A stretch of DNA of 64,000 nt. Origin: Eledone cirrhosa. Lineage: Eukaryota. The stretch spans positions 251,100,001-251,164,000 of the forward strand of contig OZ024743.1 in the NCBI GenBank assembly GCA_964016885.1, read 5' to 3'. The stretch's first letter is position 1. Each line of letters starts with the position of its first letter. Under the pieces are notes generated by a model. It saw nothing but the letters and a program-made list of their open reading frames with translations, was not told the origin of the DNA and searched no databases. The translations under genes and the position numbers were made by a program. Positions 11,390-23,989 of the stretch are shown in pieces.

Positions 11390-11650
11390 TATGACACCTG
11401 AATCCTTTTCAAATTGGCATGGGGCCAAATATAGAACCATGGTACTTGTCACCTGATTCCTTTCACTTAGCATGGTTTCAGGTAAATTACCATGGTATTT
11501 GCCATCTGATTTCTTCACAAATTAGCCTGGGACCAGGTAAATTACCATGGTATGTGCCATGTGATTACTTCCCAAATAAACACGGTGTCAGATAAAGTAC
11601 CAATGATATCACATGATTACTTCCCAAATTGAGATGGTATCAGGTAAATA
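11390..11650. repeat. Degenerate ~55-bp tandem repeat
   Basis: About 5 copies of CCATGGTA..TGCCATCTGATT..TTC.CAAATTAGCATGG...CAGGTAAATTA. Confidence 0.7.
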
Positions 11651-11954
11651 TACAGATAATAAATGTGTGCTATTGCTTGTCTTAAAAGGTATGTTTGAAA
11701 GGAATTATATTGAAGAGACCTCACATATTAAAATATCCAGGATGGGAAAACAACTTTCCTGAACATTGATTTTATGTATGTATGACACACAGACACACAT
11801 ATATATATATATGCATCTGTATATATATCTGTATATATATGTATATACGTATGTGTATACATACACAGACATATGTATATATATATATATGTGTATATGT
11901 ATATATGTGTGTATATATATATATGTGTGTGTGTGTCTGTATATATATGTGTAT

Positions 11955-14624
11955 ATCATCATCATCATCATCATCAACGTTTAACGTCCGTGTTCCACGC
12001 TTGCATGGGTTTGGACGGGGATAGTCCCACTTGAGGCAAGAGTGATTGTCTTGCTCGCATAGGACTGTCTGGCAGGTTTTCTACAGTTGGATGCCCTTCC
12101 TAACACCAACCACATTTACAGTGTGGGTCTGGGAGGTTTTTACCGTGTTGCCTACACGGCCACATTACAGCGTGGACTGTGTGTTTTTTTGTCGTGACAC
12201 CTACACGATCTCATTTGTTTCGGCCTGGATGGCGCGGCACCAACATAACTTTACATAGAACGGGGTGGTGTGGATGTGTGGGGGTGGTGGGACGGGGGTG
12301 TATTTTGTTAGAGATGCCTACTGGCTGGAGTAGGTTTTACTATATATTTAGGTAAGGCGGGTCTTCTCTGTTACTGAGTACCGCCAAAGGTCTCGGTCCA
12401 GTGACATTGTCTTGGAGAGGTGTAAGTGTGTGATGTCGGAGTTTATCAGCTCGTCCCAGGTTTTTCTCGGTCTGCCTATTCCGTGCCTACCGTCTATCTT
12501 TATTGCCCTGCACTTTGTTATACAGCTATCGACTTTCATGCGCATCACATGTCCATACCAACGTAGCCTTCTCTCGAGTAAACAACATCTGATCCCTCTT
12601 ATCTCTAATTTTTTCCTTAGTTCGTTTATGCTTTGCCGTTCACGTATATTACTGTTACACATCCAGCGGAGCATGCAAGCTTCGTTCCTCTCTAGTCTGC
12701 GTATATCCTCTGCACACAATGCCCAGGTCTCACTGCCATGCAGCATTGCTGTTCGTATGCAGGCATCGTACAACCTGCCTTTCATTTTTAGGGAGAACCC
12801 TTTAGCAGCTAATAGTGGTATAAGCTCTCTGAACTTTTTCCAACCAGTTCTGACTCTAGCTACAGTACTTTCAGAGCACCCTCCCCCACTGCTGATTTTA
12901 TCGCCCAGGTAACGGAAGCTGTCCACTATTTCTATAGAACCCTCTGCGCAATTGAAAGAGCTAGTATTTTGTGGGCACTTGCTGCTACTTATTGCACCAG
13001 AACACCGGCCACATGTAAAATCTATGTTCTTAGTTAGCTTACCTGTGATCCCACTACATCTTTTATGTACCCGTACTTTGCATTTAGGACATAAAATGGA
13101 GTTTCTACCTACGCCTTTCCTACACACCGAGCACGACCATTTCCCAGAAGGGACCGCCGCCTTGTTTTCTTTCCTACAAACTAGAACTTTGGTCTTAGCC
13201 AGGTTAATTTTAAGTCCTTTTGACTCTAGGCCGTGCTTCCATGTTTGGAATTTCTTCTCTAGCTCGGCCATTGATTCCGCTATGAGTGTCAGGTTGTCTG
13301 CGTATAGGAGTTCCCATGGGCAGCCTGTCTTGAACTCCTCTGTTATAGCCTGAAGGGCAATAATAAATAGGAGGGGGCTGAGAACAGAGCCCTGATGGAC
13401 GCCAACTTTTACGCTAAACTCTTCACTATATTCGTTGTTAATTCTAACCTTGCTGACTGTTTCTTTATACATGGCTTGTATAGCCCTCACAAGCCATTCG
13501 TCAACGCCTAGTTTTCTAAGAGCCCACCAGATAATGGAGCGGGGGACTCTGTCGAAGGCTTTCTCCAAGTCGACAAAAGCTAAGTAGAGGGGTTTACCTT
13601 TAGCTAGGTACTTCTCCTGTAGTTGTCGTACTATGAAAAGAGCGTCTGTGGTACTTTTGCCTGACACAAACCCGAACTGCATTTCATCTAGGTCGATTCT
13701 CTCTCTGATTAGTTGCGCTATTACTTTTTCCGTGACCTTCATGACCTGGTCGATTAATTTAATGCCTCTATAGTTACTCCTATCTAGGGCGTCTCCTTTA
13801 CCCTTATAACAGTTAACGATGATGCTGCTATGCCAGTCCTTCGGAACAACCCCATTCTGTACGACTTGGTTAACTATGCGGGTGACCATGGTGTGTCCCA
13901 CTGTGCCAGATGCCTTCAGCATCTCAGCAACTATTTCCGAAGGCCCAGCCGCCTTACCCGTCTTCATATCCTTGATTGCCTTACTTATTATACTCCCCTC
14001 GACTAACACTGCTGGTCCCTCTATTGGGTCGATATGGGGGAGACTGTCTTTCTCCCATTTATTCTCCTCATTTAGTAGCCTTTCATAGTGACACTTCCAA
14101 GCTACCTTCTTATCAGCGTCGGTGATGGCAAGTGTGCCATCGTCGTTTAGTACACACTTCTCCCCGACAATATCACGGTTTTCCTTGACACATTGCCTAG
14201 CAATCCTGAACACCTCACGTTTTTGGTCATCGCGTTGTAGAACATGCTTGAACTTTCTTTCCTCAGCTTCCCTTCTTGCTAAGTACACTTGTCTCCTAGC
14301 TTCCCTCCTGGCCACTTGATAGTCTTCTCTACTTCCCCCATCCCGCCATACTTTCCAAGCCTGCTTTTTGGCCTTAATTGACCCCTCCACCTTACTGTTC
14401 CACCACCATGTTACTCTCCTCCTGCCTACAGGCCTGCTCCAGCCACAGACTTAGTCTGTCGCCAACAGCAGGTTTGCTTTCAGAAATTCCCACTCTCCCT
14501 CTATATTGTCCGACTCTAAATGTTCTTCCTTACTGTCGAAAGCATCAAGTAATATGCTTTGAAATTTATTCCTGGCTGTGGGGTCCTTTAGCTTCCATAT
14601 TTTTCTCCTGAGGATAGTCCTCTT
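11955..14624 (-). mobile_element. 5'-truncated RTE LINE (subfamily C)
   Basis: (GAT)n tail at 11955, 3' UTR, 680-aa ORF and frameshifted upstream linker (IWKLKDP...WEFLKANLL). Confidence 0.95.
12348..14390 (-). pseudogene. RTE RT ORF with catalytic YADD>YADN change; no endonuclease domain in this copy
   Basis: ELLYADNL in the ORF track. PHD-type insert retained. Frameshift upstream of 14390. Confidence 0.85.
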
Positions 14625-15354
14625 CAGACTGTATGATGCGTGTATACGAACAGCAATGTTACATGCTAGTGAGACCTGGGCGCTGTCTGTAGAAGACTTG
14701 CGTAGATTAGAAAGCCTGCATGCTCCGATGGATGTGTAATAGTAATATACGTGAATGACAAAGCATAAACGAACTGAGAGAGAGAGACTGAGCATAAGAG
14801 GAAACAAATGCTGTGTACAGGAGAAGCGGTTGCATTGGTATGGACATGTGATGCGTATGAAGGATGACAGCTGCATAAAAAGGTGCAGAGCACTAGAAGT
14901 CGATGGAAACCGCGGAGTGGGGTGACTCAAGAAGACCTGGGATGAAGTGATAAAAGCCCACCTTACCCAATTACACCTCTCAAAGGCCACGACCATGACC
15001 TCTGGTGTCACGCAGTAATACAGAAGACCCAACCCCCCACGAGTACAAACCGAAGCTGAAGCATATAGACAATATGCCCACACACCCTCCCACTGCATAG
15101 TGGTCATGGGAGTGCCACGGCAAAAAAGCACGCAGCCCACACTGTAAAGTGGACGTGTAGGCGCCACGGAAAAAAAAGCACCCAGCATTTACTGTAAATG
15201 AGGTTGGTGTTAGGAAGAGCATCCAGCTGTAGAAATCAAGCCAGAATCAGTTCCTGTATGAGCAAGACAAGATCAGCCGACCGGACACTGCCCACAACAG
15301 GACAACCTGTCTAACCCATGCTAGCGTGGAAGAACGGACGTAAAACGGTGATGA

Positions 15355-15358
<4 letters not shown>
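14625..15358 (+). mobile_element. 5'-truncated RTE subfamily A copy, head-to-head with subfamily C copy
   Basis: Collinear with ~1095-1832 with several indels; (GAT)n tail. Confidence 0.9.
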
Positions 15359-15398
<40 letters not shown>

Positions 15399-15474
15399 AT
15401 GTAGTATTTGATAAGACACTCTAGATGAAACTTCAAAGTCCCTATCACCATTTGAACATTTGTTTTTTTTTCTC

Positions 15475-15524
<50 letters not shown>

Positions 15525-15821
15525 CACACACACACCTCCAGAGTTGTTCATGTGTTCTAGTGTATGTGCAATGCATATATATATATATATATCCATTCAT
15601 GCATACACACATGCACAAATGTATGTGTGTTCCAACCTTTATTGCAGGGAAAACGGACATTGGATGATATATATATATATTTAAAAGTTAAACAAGGTTC
15701 AATGAATACATCAAAGAATGAGTTTTACAATAGATTGGAAGCACTCAACAAAAAAAGGTTTTCCAGAGTTATTAATATTAATTCAAAATATTAACAAAAT
15801 AGATATTCTTGTGATCAAGTA

Positions 15822-15888
15822 TATTTTATTATACATATTTCAGAGGTACTGAGTTAAGTTCAACAGTACGTTCTCATCAGATAAAATA
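15822..15888 (-). ncRNA. Type I hammerhead ribozyme, minimal stem III
   Basis: Reverse complement of 17351-17417 with one stem II change. CUGAUGA = forward 15874-80; GAAA = forward 15838-41. Confidence 0.75.
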
Positions 15889-17350
15889 AGATGATGCATG
15901 ACATACCCAGACATAGTAGATGGTTAAGATTCTGTCATGGTAGTGATTAACATATGACAAAACTCAATATTTATACCCTAATATTGAGAACATGAGAAAA
16001 ATATATAATACAAACAATAGAGAGGGTGCGTGTAATACAGCTTAAAAAATACATGGCATTAATATAACAGATAAACAAATTTTTTTAAAAACTACTGAAG
16101 AAAGAGGAAAGAAAGGAAAACATAGAGGAAGAAACAGCTGATGTGATAATATATTTAGTAGGTGCCTCGAAAGACAAAAGAGAGATGATTAAAGAGAGAG
16201 AGAGACAAAGGGGAATAATTTATGTTCAAGTTTATAGACAATTATCCATATATACAATATATATCCAAACTTATTTATTTGACCGTTAATATTCAAAATA
16301 TTTAATTTAAGTTATTTCAGAGTAATGAGTAATATCTTAGGTTTTAAAAGTTAATAGGTATCTGTATTAATATTATATTATACTATCAAGTTTAATTTCT
16401 AAAATTCAAATTTCATGAAAACAAATTTAAAGGATTTACGAAACACGAGAAAGAAAATATATAATGCTTTTATACCCTCACGAAGGTAATCTTTACCAAT
16501 ATTGACAACAGTCTATATAATATAATTTATAAAATAATTATAGTTATAATTATTAAAGAATTTATGATTAAACAGTTTGAGTGCCTAAAGGATCACTGGC
16601 CTTATAACTAAACTTAAAGAAGTCTGAATTTTTAATTATATATATGTGTTAATCAAAAAATACACAAGGATTATAATGTCTATAGACTTAAGGTGATACC
16701 TTTCAAATATATAAACTGTTGTCAATATTATAAATAATTTTTGGTAAAGATTACCTTCGTGAGGGTATAAAAGCATTATATATTTTCTTTCTCGTGTTTC
16801 GTAAATCCTTTAAATTTGTTTTAATAAAATTTGAATTTTAGAAATTAAACTTGATTGTATAATATAATATTAATACAGATACCTATTAACTTTTAAAACC
16901 TAAGATATTACTCATTACTCTGAAATAACTTAAATTAAATATTTTGAATATTAACGGTCAAATAAATAAGTTTGGATATATATTGCATATATGGATAATT
17001 GTCTATAAACTTGAACATAAATTACCCCCCTTTGTCTCTCTCTCTCTTTAATCATCTCTCATTTGTTTTTCGAGGCACCTACTAAATATATTATCACATC
17101 AGCTGTTTCTTCCTCTATGCTTTCCTTTCTTTCCTCTTTCTTCAGTAGTTTAAAAAAATATATTTTTAATGTTATATTGATGCCATGTCTTTTTTAAGCT
17201 GTATTACACGCACCCTCTCTATTGTTTGTATTATATATTTTTCTCATGTTCTCAATATTAGGGTATAAATATTGAGTTTTCTCATATGTTAATCACTACC
17301 ATGACTGAATCTTAACCATCTACTATGTCAGGGTATGTCATGCATCATCT

Positions 17351-17417
17351 TATTTTATCTGATGAGGACGTACTGTTGAACTTAACTCAGTACCTCTGAA
17401 ATATGTATAATAAAATA
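17351..17417 (+). ncRNA. Type I hammerhead ribozyme, minimal stem III
   Basis: Stem I TATTTTAT/ATAAAATA (8 bp); CTGATGA 17359-65; stem II GGACGTACTG/CAGTACCTCT; GAAA 17398-401; stem III ATA-tg-TAT; AUA triplet, predicted cut after 17409. Confidence 0.8.
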
Positions 17418-17459
17418 TACTTGATCACAAGAATATCTATTTTGTTAATATTTTGAATT

Positions 17460-17494
<35 letters not shown>

Positions 17495-17908
17495 CCATGT
17501 TTCAATGAATATAGATCTATATCAATTACATTACATGTACAACAAGAAAAAACCCTATGTACATATTAACTTTTTGACTAACAAAAGCTCTTACATGCAA
17601 TGTCCATTATCTGTCAACGAACCTTCTAGTACCGAGCCACGAAAGTATCCAAGTACTCTATTCATTCCTGTTTCATGCAAGTCATGAGAAACTATATATT
17701 AAAAAAAGAAAAGCCTTAATGTTTCTATGTATTTCAATTTCTACTCATTGACAACAATATATGTGTGTATGTATGTATATGTATGCGTATGTATGTATAT
17801 GTATGTATATGTATGCGTATGTATGTATATGTATGCATATGTATGTATATGTATGCGTATGTATTTATATATATGCGTATGTATATGTATGCGTATGTAT
17901 ATATATGT

Positions 17909-20410
17909 ATCATCATCATCATCAACACCGTTTTACGTCCGTTCTTCCACGCTAGCATGGGTTAGACGGGTTGTTCTGTTGTGGGCAGTGTCTGGTCGGC
18001 TGACCAAGCCTTGCTCATACAGGAACTGATTTGGCTCGATTTCTACAGCTGGATGACCTTCCTAACACCAACCTCATTTACAGTGAGTGCTGGGTGCTTT
18101 TTCGTGGCGCCTACACGTCCACTTTACAGTGTGGGCTGGGTGCTTTTTTCCGTGGCACCTCCACGACCACCTTGCAGTGGGGGGTGTGGGGGCATATTGT
18201 CTATATGCTTCAGCTTGTACCCATGGGAGGTCGGGTACTCTGTATTACTGCGTGACGCCAGAGGTCACGGTCGTGTGTCATTGTCTTTGAGAGGTGTAAT
18301 TGGGTAAGGTCGGCTTTTATCACCTCATCCCAGGTCTTCTTGGGTCTCCCTACTCCGCGGTTTCCATTGACTTCTAGTGCTCTGCACCTTTTTATGCAAC
18401 TCTCATCCTTCATACGCACCACATGTCCATACCAACGCAACCACCTCTCCTGCACACAGCATTTGATTCCTCTTATGCTCAGTCTCTCTCTCAATTCATT
18501 TATGCTTTGTCGTTCGCGTATATTACTATTACACATCCATCGGAGCATGCAGGTTTCGTTTCTCTCTAATCTACGTAGTGAGACCTTCAGCGTCCAGGTC
18601 TCACTACCATGCATCATCGCTGTTCGGATACACGCAGCATACAGTCTGCCTTTCATTTTGAGGGAGAAGCCTTTTGCAGCTAGCAGTGGTAGTAGTTCCC
18701 TAAACTTCTTCCATCCCGTTCTTACCCTAGTTATTGTACTTTCTGAGCACCCACCTCCGTTGCTAATTCGGTCACCTAGGTAGCAGAAGCTGTCTACTGT
18801 TTCTACCGAGCCCTCCAAGAGATTGGTGGTACTTGTTACCTGTGGCTGTTTGCTGCTTGCTGTCCCAGCACAGCTGCTGCATGTGAATCCTACATTCTTA
18901 ATTAAGCTTCCTGAGATCCCGCTACATCTCTTGTATACCCATTGTTTGCATTTGGGGCAGAGAATGGAGTTCCTACCTACACCTTTCCTACATACTGAGC
19001 AAGGCCATTTCCCTGAGGGGATCTGGGTTCTGTTTTCTCGTCTACTTACAATGACCTTAGTCTTTGACATGTTGACTTTGAGACCCTTTCTTTCTAGTCC
19101 CTGCTTCCATGTTTGGAATTTCTTCTCTAGTTCTACCATAGATTCAGCTATAAGTGCGAGGTCATCAGCATACAGGAGTTCCCATGGGCATCCGGTCTTA
19201 AACTCCTCCGTTATTGCCTGCAGGACTATGATGAACAGGAGGGGACTAAGAACAGAGCCCTGGTCGACCCCAACCTGTAGGCTAAATTCCTTGCTATACT
19301 CATTGCTAATCCTAACTTTGCTGACTGCTCCCCTATACATGGCTTGTACAGCTTTCACAAGCCATTCATCTACTCCTAGTTTACTAAGAGCCCACCAGAT
19401 TACAGCACGTGGAACTCTGTCAAAGGCTTTTTCTCAAGGTCGACAAATGGCAGGTAGAGTGGCTTACTTTTAGCTAGGTACTTTTCCTGTAACTGTCTCA
19501 CAAGGAAGAGGGCATCAGTGCTGCCTCTTCCTGGTACAAACCCAAATTGCATCTCGTCTAGTTTCACCCGATCCCTAATCAACTGTGCTATAACTCTTTC
19601 TGTTACTTTCATGACCTGGTCCATCAGCTTTATACCTCTATAGTTTCCTCTATCTAGTGCATCACCTTTACCTTTGTAGCAGTTGTCAATGATGCTACTG
19701 CACCAATCTTTTAGTATGACACCTTCTAGTATTACCTGGTTAACAATACGTGTGGTTATAGTGTGACCTACAGACCCAGATGCCTTCAGCATCTCGGCAG
19801 CTATACCCGATGGACCGGTTGCCTTCGCCATCTTCATATCTTTGATTGCCTTACTTACTACGCTGCTGCTGACTTGTACTGCTGGCCCCTCTATAGGGTC
19901 TACTTGGGGTAAGGTCTCTTCTTCCCATGCATTCTCCTCATTTAGTAATCTATCATAATGACTCTTCCATGCATCTTTCTTCTCAGCACTTGTGAGGGCA
20001 AGCTCACCTTTATCATTCCGGATACACTTCTCTCCAATGACATTACAATACTCTCTGACACACTGCCTCGCAATCTTGAACACCTCCTGTTTCTGGTCCT
20101 CATGTTACAAAACATGCTTGAATTTTCTATCCTCTGCTTCCCTCCTAGCTAAGTATACTTGTTGCCTAGCTTCCCTCTTGGTCTCTATGTAATGTACCCT
20201 GCTCCCCCCATTCTTCCATTCTTTCCATGCCTGTCTCTTGGCCTTAACTGCCTCATCTACCTTATTGTTCCACCACCAAGTCACTCTCCTCCTGCTTGAG
20301 GTCTTACTCCAGCCACAGACCTCATCCGTCGCCTCTAGTAAGTTATTTTTTAGGAACTCCCAGTTCTCTTCTACATTGAATGTCTCTATCTGTTCTTCTT
20401 TACTGTCGTA
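17909..20410 (-). mobile_element. 5'-truncated RTE subfamily A copy (frameshifted)
   Basis: ORFs 18210-19358 and 19400-20083 give one RT split by a frameshift. YADD intact. (GAT)n tail. GCGTATGT(AT)nGTAT on both flanks may be the TSD. Confidence 0.95.
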
Positions 20411-21229
20411 GGCGTATGTGTATATATATATATATATGTATGCATGTGTACATATGTATATATGTGTCTGTATACATATCTATGCGTATGTACAGTGTGG
20501 TTGATATTCATGTTTATGTGCTTGTGGTGTGTATATATTTATATATATATATATCTGCCAATGTACAATGTATATATCAATGCTCTATATATACATTTGT
20601 GTATATATCAAAACTAAATGTTTCACTATTTGTAGTATAGTAGTTTTTATTCATATTGTATATTATATAGTTGTTGTCCTAAATACATCATCACATAGTG
20701 TAATTGTTGCTTCTTTTGTATTATGGTAATGTTGTTGTTGTTTGTATATTATATTATTCTTATTTTTTATATATTAACTAGTTGTCATACATGTTCCATT
20801 ATTTGTATTTTATTGTTGTTGTTTATGTTGATGTTATTATTGCTTTTTATATTATACATACTAGAAGTGACACTAACATGGAGTATTATTCATCATAGGA
20901 ACATATATGAAATCATATATGATATGTTTATGTATAATAAATAAATATACAAGGGTTACTCACTTAATATAAGCTAAAGATTATATTGTTTTTGAATATG
21001 AAACATCAGCTGAATATGCTCATTGGCATATGGTGTGAATAAAACATTGGCAGGAGCATTTTTTTCATACTCATGAGGTGGTGAGTTTGATTCTCAGATT
21101 AGGTAGTGTGTTCTGACCTTGAGCAAGACACTTTATTTCACATTACTCCAGTTCACTCAGTTTGAAAAAAAAGGTAATGATATCAATCAGTGGTGGTGGT
21201 GTTGTGGTGGTAAAAATGTGGGTCCATAT

Positions 21230-21855
21230 CCAATGAATTCTGTAGTAGTATAATTAATTTTAATAAGGGAAAAGGTGATATGCTAGAAAAGAATGTCTAC
21301 TGGGCATAAAACTAATGGACCCAGTTATGAAAGTAACAGAAAAAGTTTTAGCTGAGCTAATTAGGGAAAGATTTAAATTAGATGAGATGCAATTTGATTT
21401 TATATGAGGAAGGGGCACCACAGATCTTCTTAGTGAGTGAAGTACAAGAAGAGTTTCTAGTTAAGAGTAAGCCTCTTAATCTAGCATTTTTTGATCTGGA
21501 GAAGGCTTTTGGCAGAATGCCTTTATGTCTTCTGATGATCCCTAAGGAAACTAGTTGTAGCAAAATGACTTGCAAGATCTGTGCAAGCCAGGTACAAAGC
21601 AGCTGTTAGTAACGTGAGTTTAGTGAGGAATTCAGTGCACAGGCAGGTGTTTATTAAGGCTCAGTCCTCATCACACTGCTGTTTATTATAGTTTTACAGG
21701 CCAGAATGGAGGAGTTTAAAATGAGCTGTCCAGGAGAACTTCTAAATGCTGGTGACTTGGTTCTTTTAGCCAAATCGGTGGATGAGCTGGATAAGAAATT
21801 CCAGCGTTGGAAAAAGAAATTAAAATCAAAAGAGCTCAGAGCAAACCTGGGGAAA
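21230..21855 (+). mobile_element. Degenerate RTE RT fragment, preceded by an S1-like SINE relic (~21070-21165)
   Basis: KSKPLNLAFFDLEKAF and EEFKMSCPGELLNAGDL with many stops. Confidence 0.8.
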
Positions 21856-23638
21856 ATTCATTATCATTATTATATCTGTTTTTCTCTTGTGGATTTAATA
21901 AAATAACTTTCACATTATTAAGCTGATGTTTGGAACATTACTTAAGAAAGATATTAAAATAAAATTATGATGGAAGGTTTTAGATAAATATGAGCCCTAT
22001 AACTCTTTTTTTTACAATATTTTTATATTTTCAAAATGATTAGAATCTTATAAGCACTGTCTTTCATTAGAAATATGGTAACAAAATGGTTGCCAAGTGA
22101 TCACATTATGGAGTGTGTCAGAGACAAGATTAAATTATATTTCACAATGTTAATACATTTGATACCAAACTGCCTGAAACAGCTCCTGGTTCTTCAAATC
22201 AAAACTGTTTATTTGAAAGTGTTTATATTTATATAAAAAAAAACATTTCCCCATAATTTCATGTAAGAATCTTTGTTCAATTATGCTCCAAACTCCAGCT
22301 TAATGATGAGAAATTTATATTACTAAATATCTCAACAATCTTGATAATAATTTGAAAATCTTATACAGTAGATTTCATAAGAAATCATTTTAAGAAGGTT
22401 AAATACAAACGCACTAAATTGAAAGGTTTCTTATGGAATCGGGGCAGTCTCTTGAGGGTTAGTATGAAGGTTAAAGTGTTTGTCTAAATATATATTTATG
22501 TATTTTACTGTATCTGTTAGTGGTGGTGGTGGTGGAATAGTGGTAAATAGTTTAATGAGTTTTACATTCAAATTCTATTTAATCTGAATTTATTTATTAA
22601 AGTTATATTCAAATTCCTGTCAGAGTAATTAATGATGATGTCTACACAAACTTCTGTCTGGGTATATATTTGGAATCAAACCAGCCCGTCTTCTTGTCAG
22701 TTGCCCTACTTAATAGTTTTGGCAGTAGGTGGGTAGGTAGTGAGGGTCCCATGTGTCTTTTTCCAAAGACTTCTAAAAATATAAGACCATTCTCAAAATT
22801 AAATATATAAACATTTTCAAAATACATATTTTGTGCATAGTTGTGCATTTCCTTACATTGTGTGTGTGTGTGTGCATATGTGTGTGTGCATGCATGTGTG
22901 TGTATCTATATATGTATGTGTGTATTTGTATTTATATACATATATATCTACATATGTATGTATATTATTTACAAGAACCCCATATATTCCAGAAACCAGC
23001 AATAAGCTCTGTCAGATTAACAATATCAAACAGAGCTAAAACAGCAGGTATGGTGCCTGAAAAATCTGAGAATCTATGTTCATTTATATATCCTACACAT
23101 ATATATAGTGTCAGCAGAAAAATGCCTACAGAAAAGCAGTTACATATACAGAATAGACAACTATATGCCTTTCTCTTCAGCCACTTTCTGGCATGCAATT
23201 TTGCAAAATTGTACTTGTGACACCAGTTTTCAAAATAGATTGTAGAACTGCTCTGTTGGTAAGATGGGTGCCAGTCAATATCACAACAAAGAATGGACAG
23301 CAAAAATTCAGGATATCTTAAGGATGTAACATGTTTTTTGTCTTAAATATTTTTCTTTGTTCATTTTTCTGTTGACACTATATATAATGCTACATGCATC
23401 TTGATAATAAATTATATCTATAGATTTTTTCAAACCCGAAAATACCTGAGGGCATACATACTTTTTCTCCAAAGATTTTTCCCTTTTTCTTTCTCTTCTC
23501 ATTCTCCTTTATCTTTCTGTTCTTTTATTTCTCATTTTGTTTTCTGATGAAGGAGTAGCATCCAAATTCCTACTAGATCAAGTGTTAAACTAATATATTG
23601 TACTGTATCATTTGCTGTGTTGTTTTCTGTTTACTTTT

Positions 23639-23680
<42 letters not shown>

Positions 23681-23989
23681 TGTGTGTGTGTGTGTGTGTA
23701 TTTTATTAACCAACTGTAAACCTGGCATATTCATATTGGGTCAGCAATAGTTTTGAAATATACTGGATGTGTCATAAAATGGTAAGACATATAGAATCTG
23801 GTATTTTTATAAAACGTACATATCACATGTATCACAAAGTGAGGGTGAAGTTGTATGTAGGGTGGGGATTGGAGATGTAGTTCTAGTGTGGGGTACTTAG
23901 CTGGTGAAGGGTGGAGTGTTCAGATGTGGAAGGTGTATGGAAAGGAGAGTGGGAGTAGTGGTGCATACCAGACATTGCACAATGTTGCT

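Larger units (their letters stand above)
15775..17464. mobile_element. Long inverted repeat (arms 15775-16499 and 16741-17464), putative Penelope-like inverted pLTR pair
   Basis: ~725-bp arms complementary along their length with scattered substitutions. Each arm carries a hammerhead near its outer end. No intact ORF. Confidence 0.75.

Noticed and set aside
16091-16145. CTGAAGA..GAAACAGCTG in the left arm of the long inverted repeat
   Set aside because: Intervening sequence is almost all purine and cannot form stem II; at best a decayed relic.
22642-22772. Possible terminal exon (-), and exon-like segments at 23181-23258(+), 43471-43527(+) and ~42240-42415(-)
   Set aside because: Inconsistent strands, weak splice signals and no recognisable protein.
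23540-23580. CTGATGA-AGGA..TCC-AAA hammerhead-like string
   Set aside because: No GAAA, stem III or stem I.
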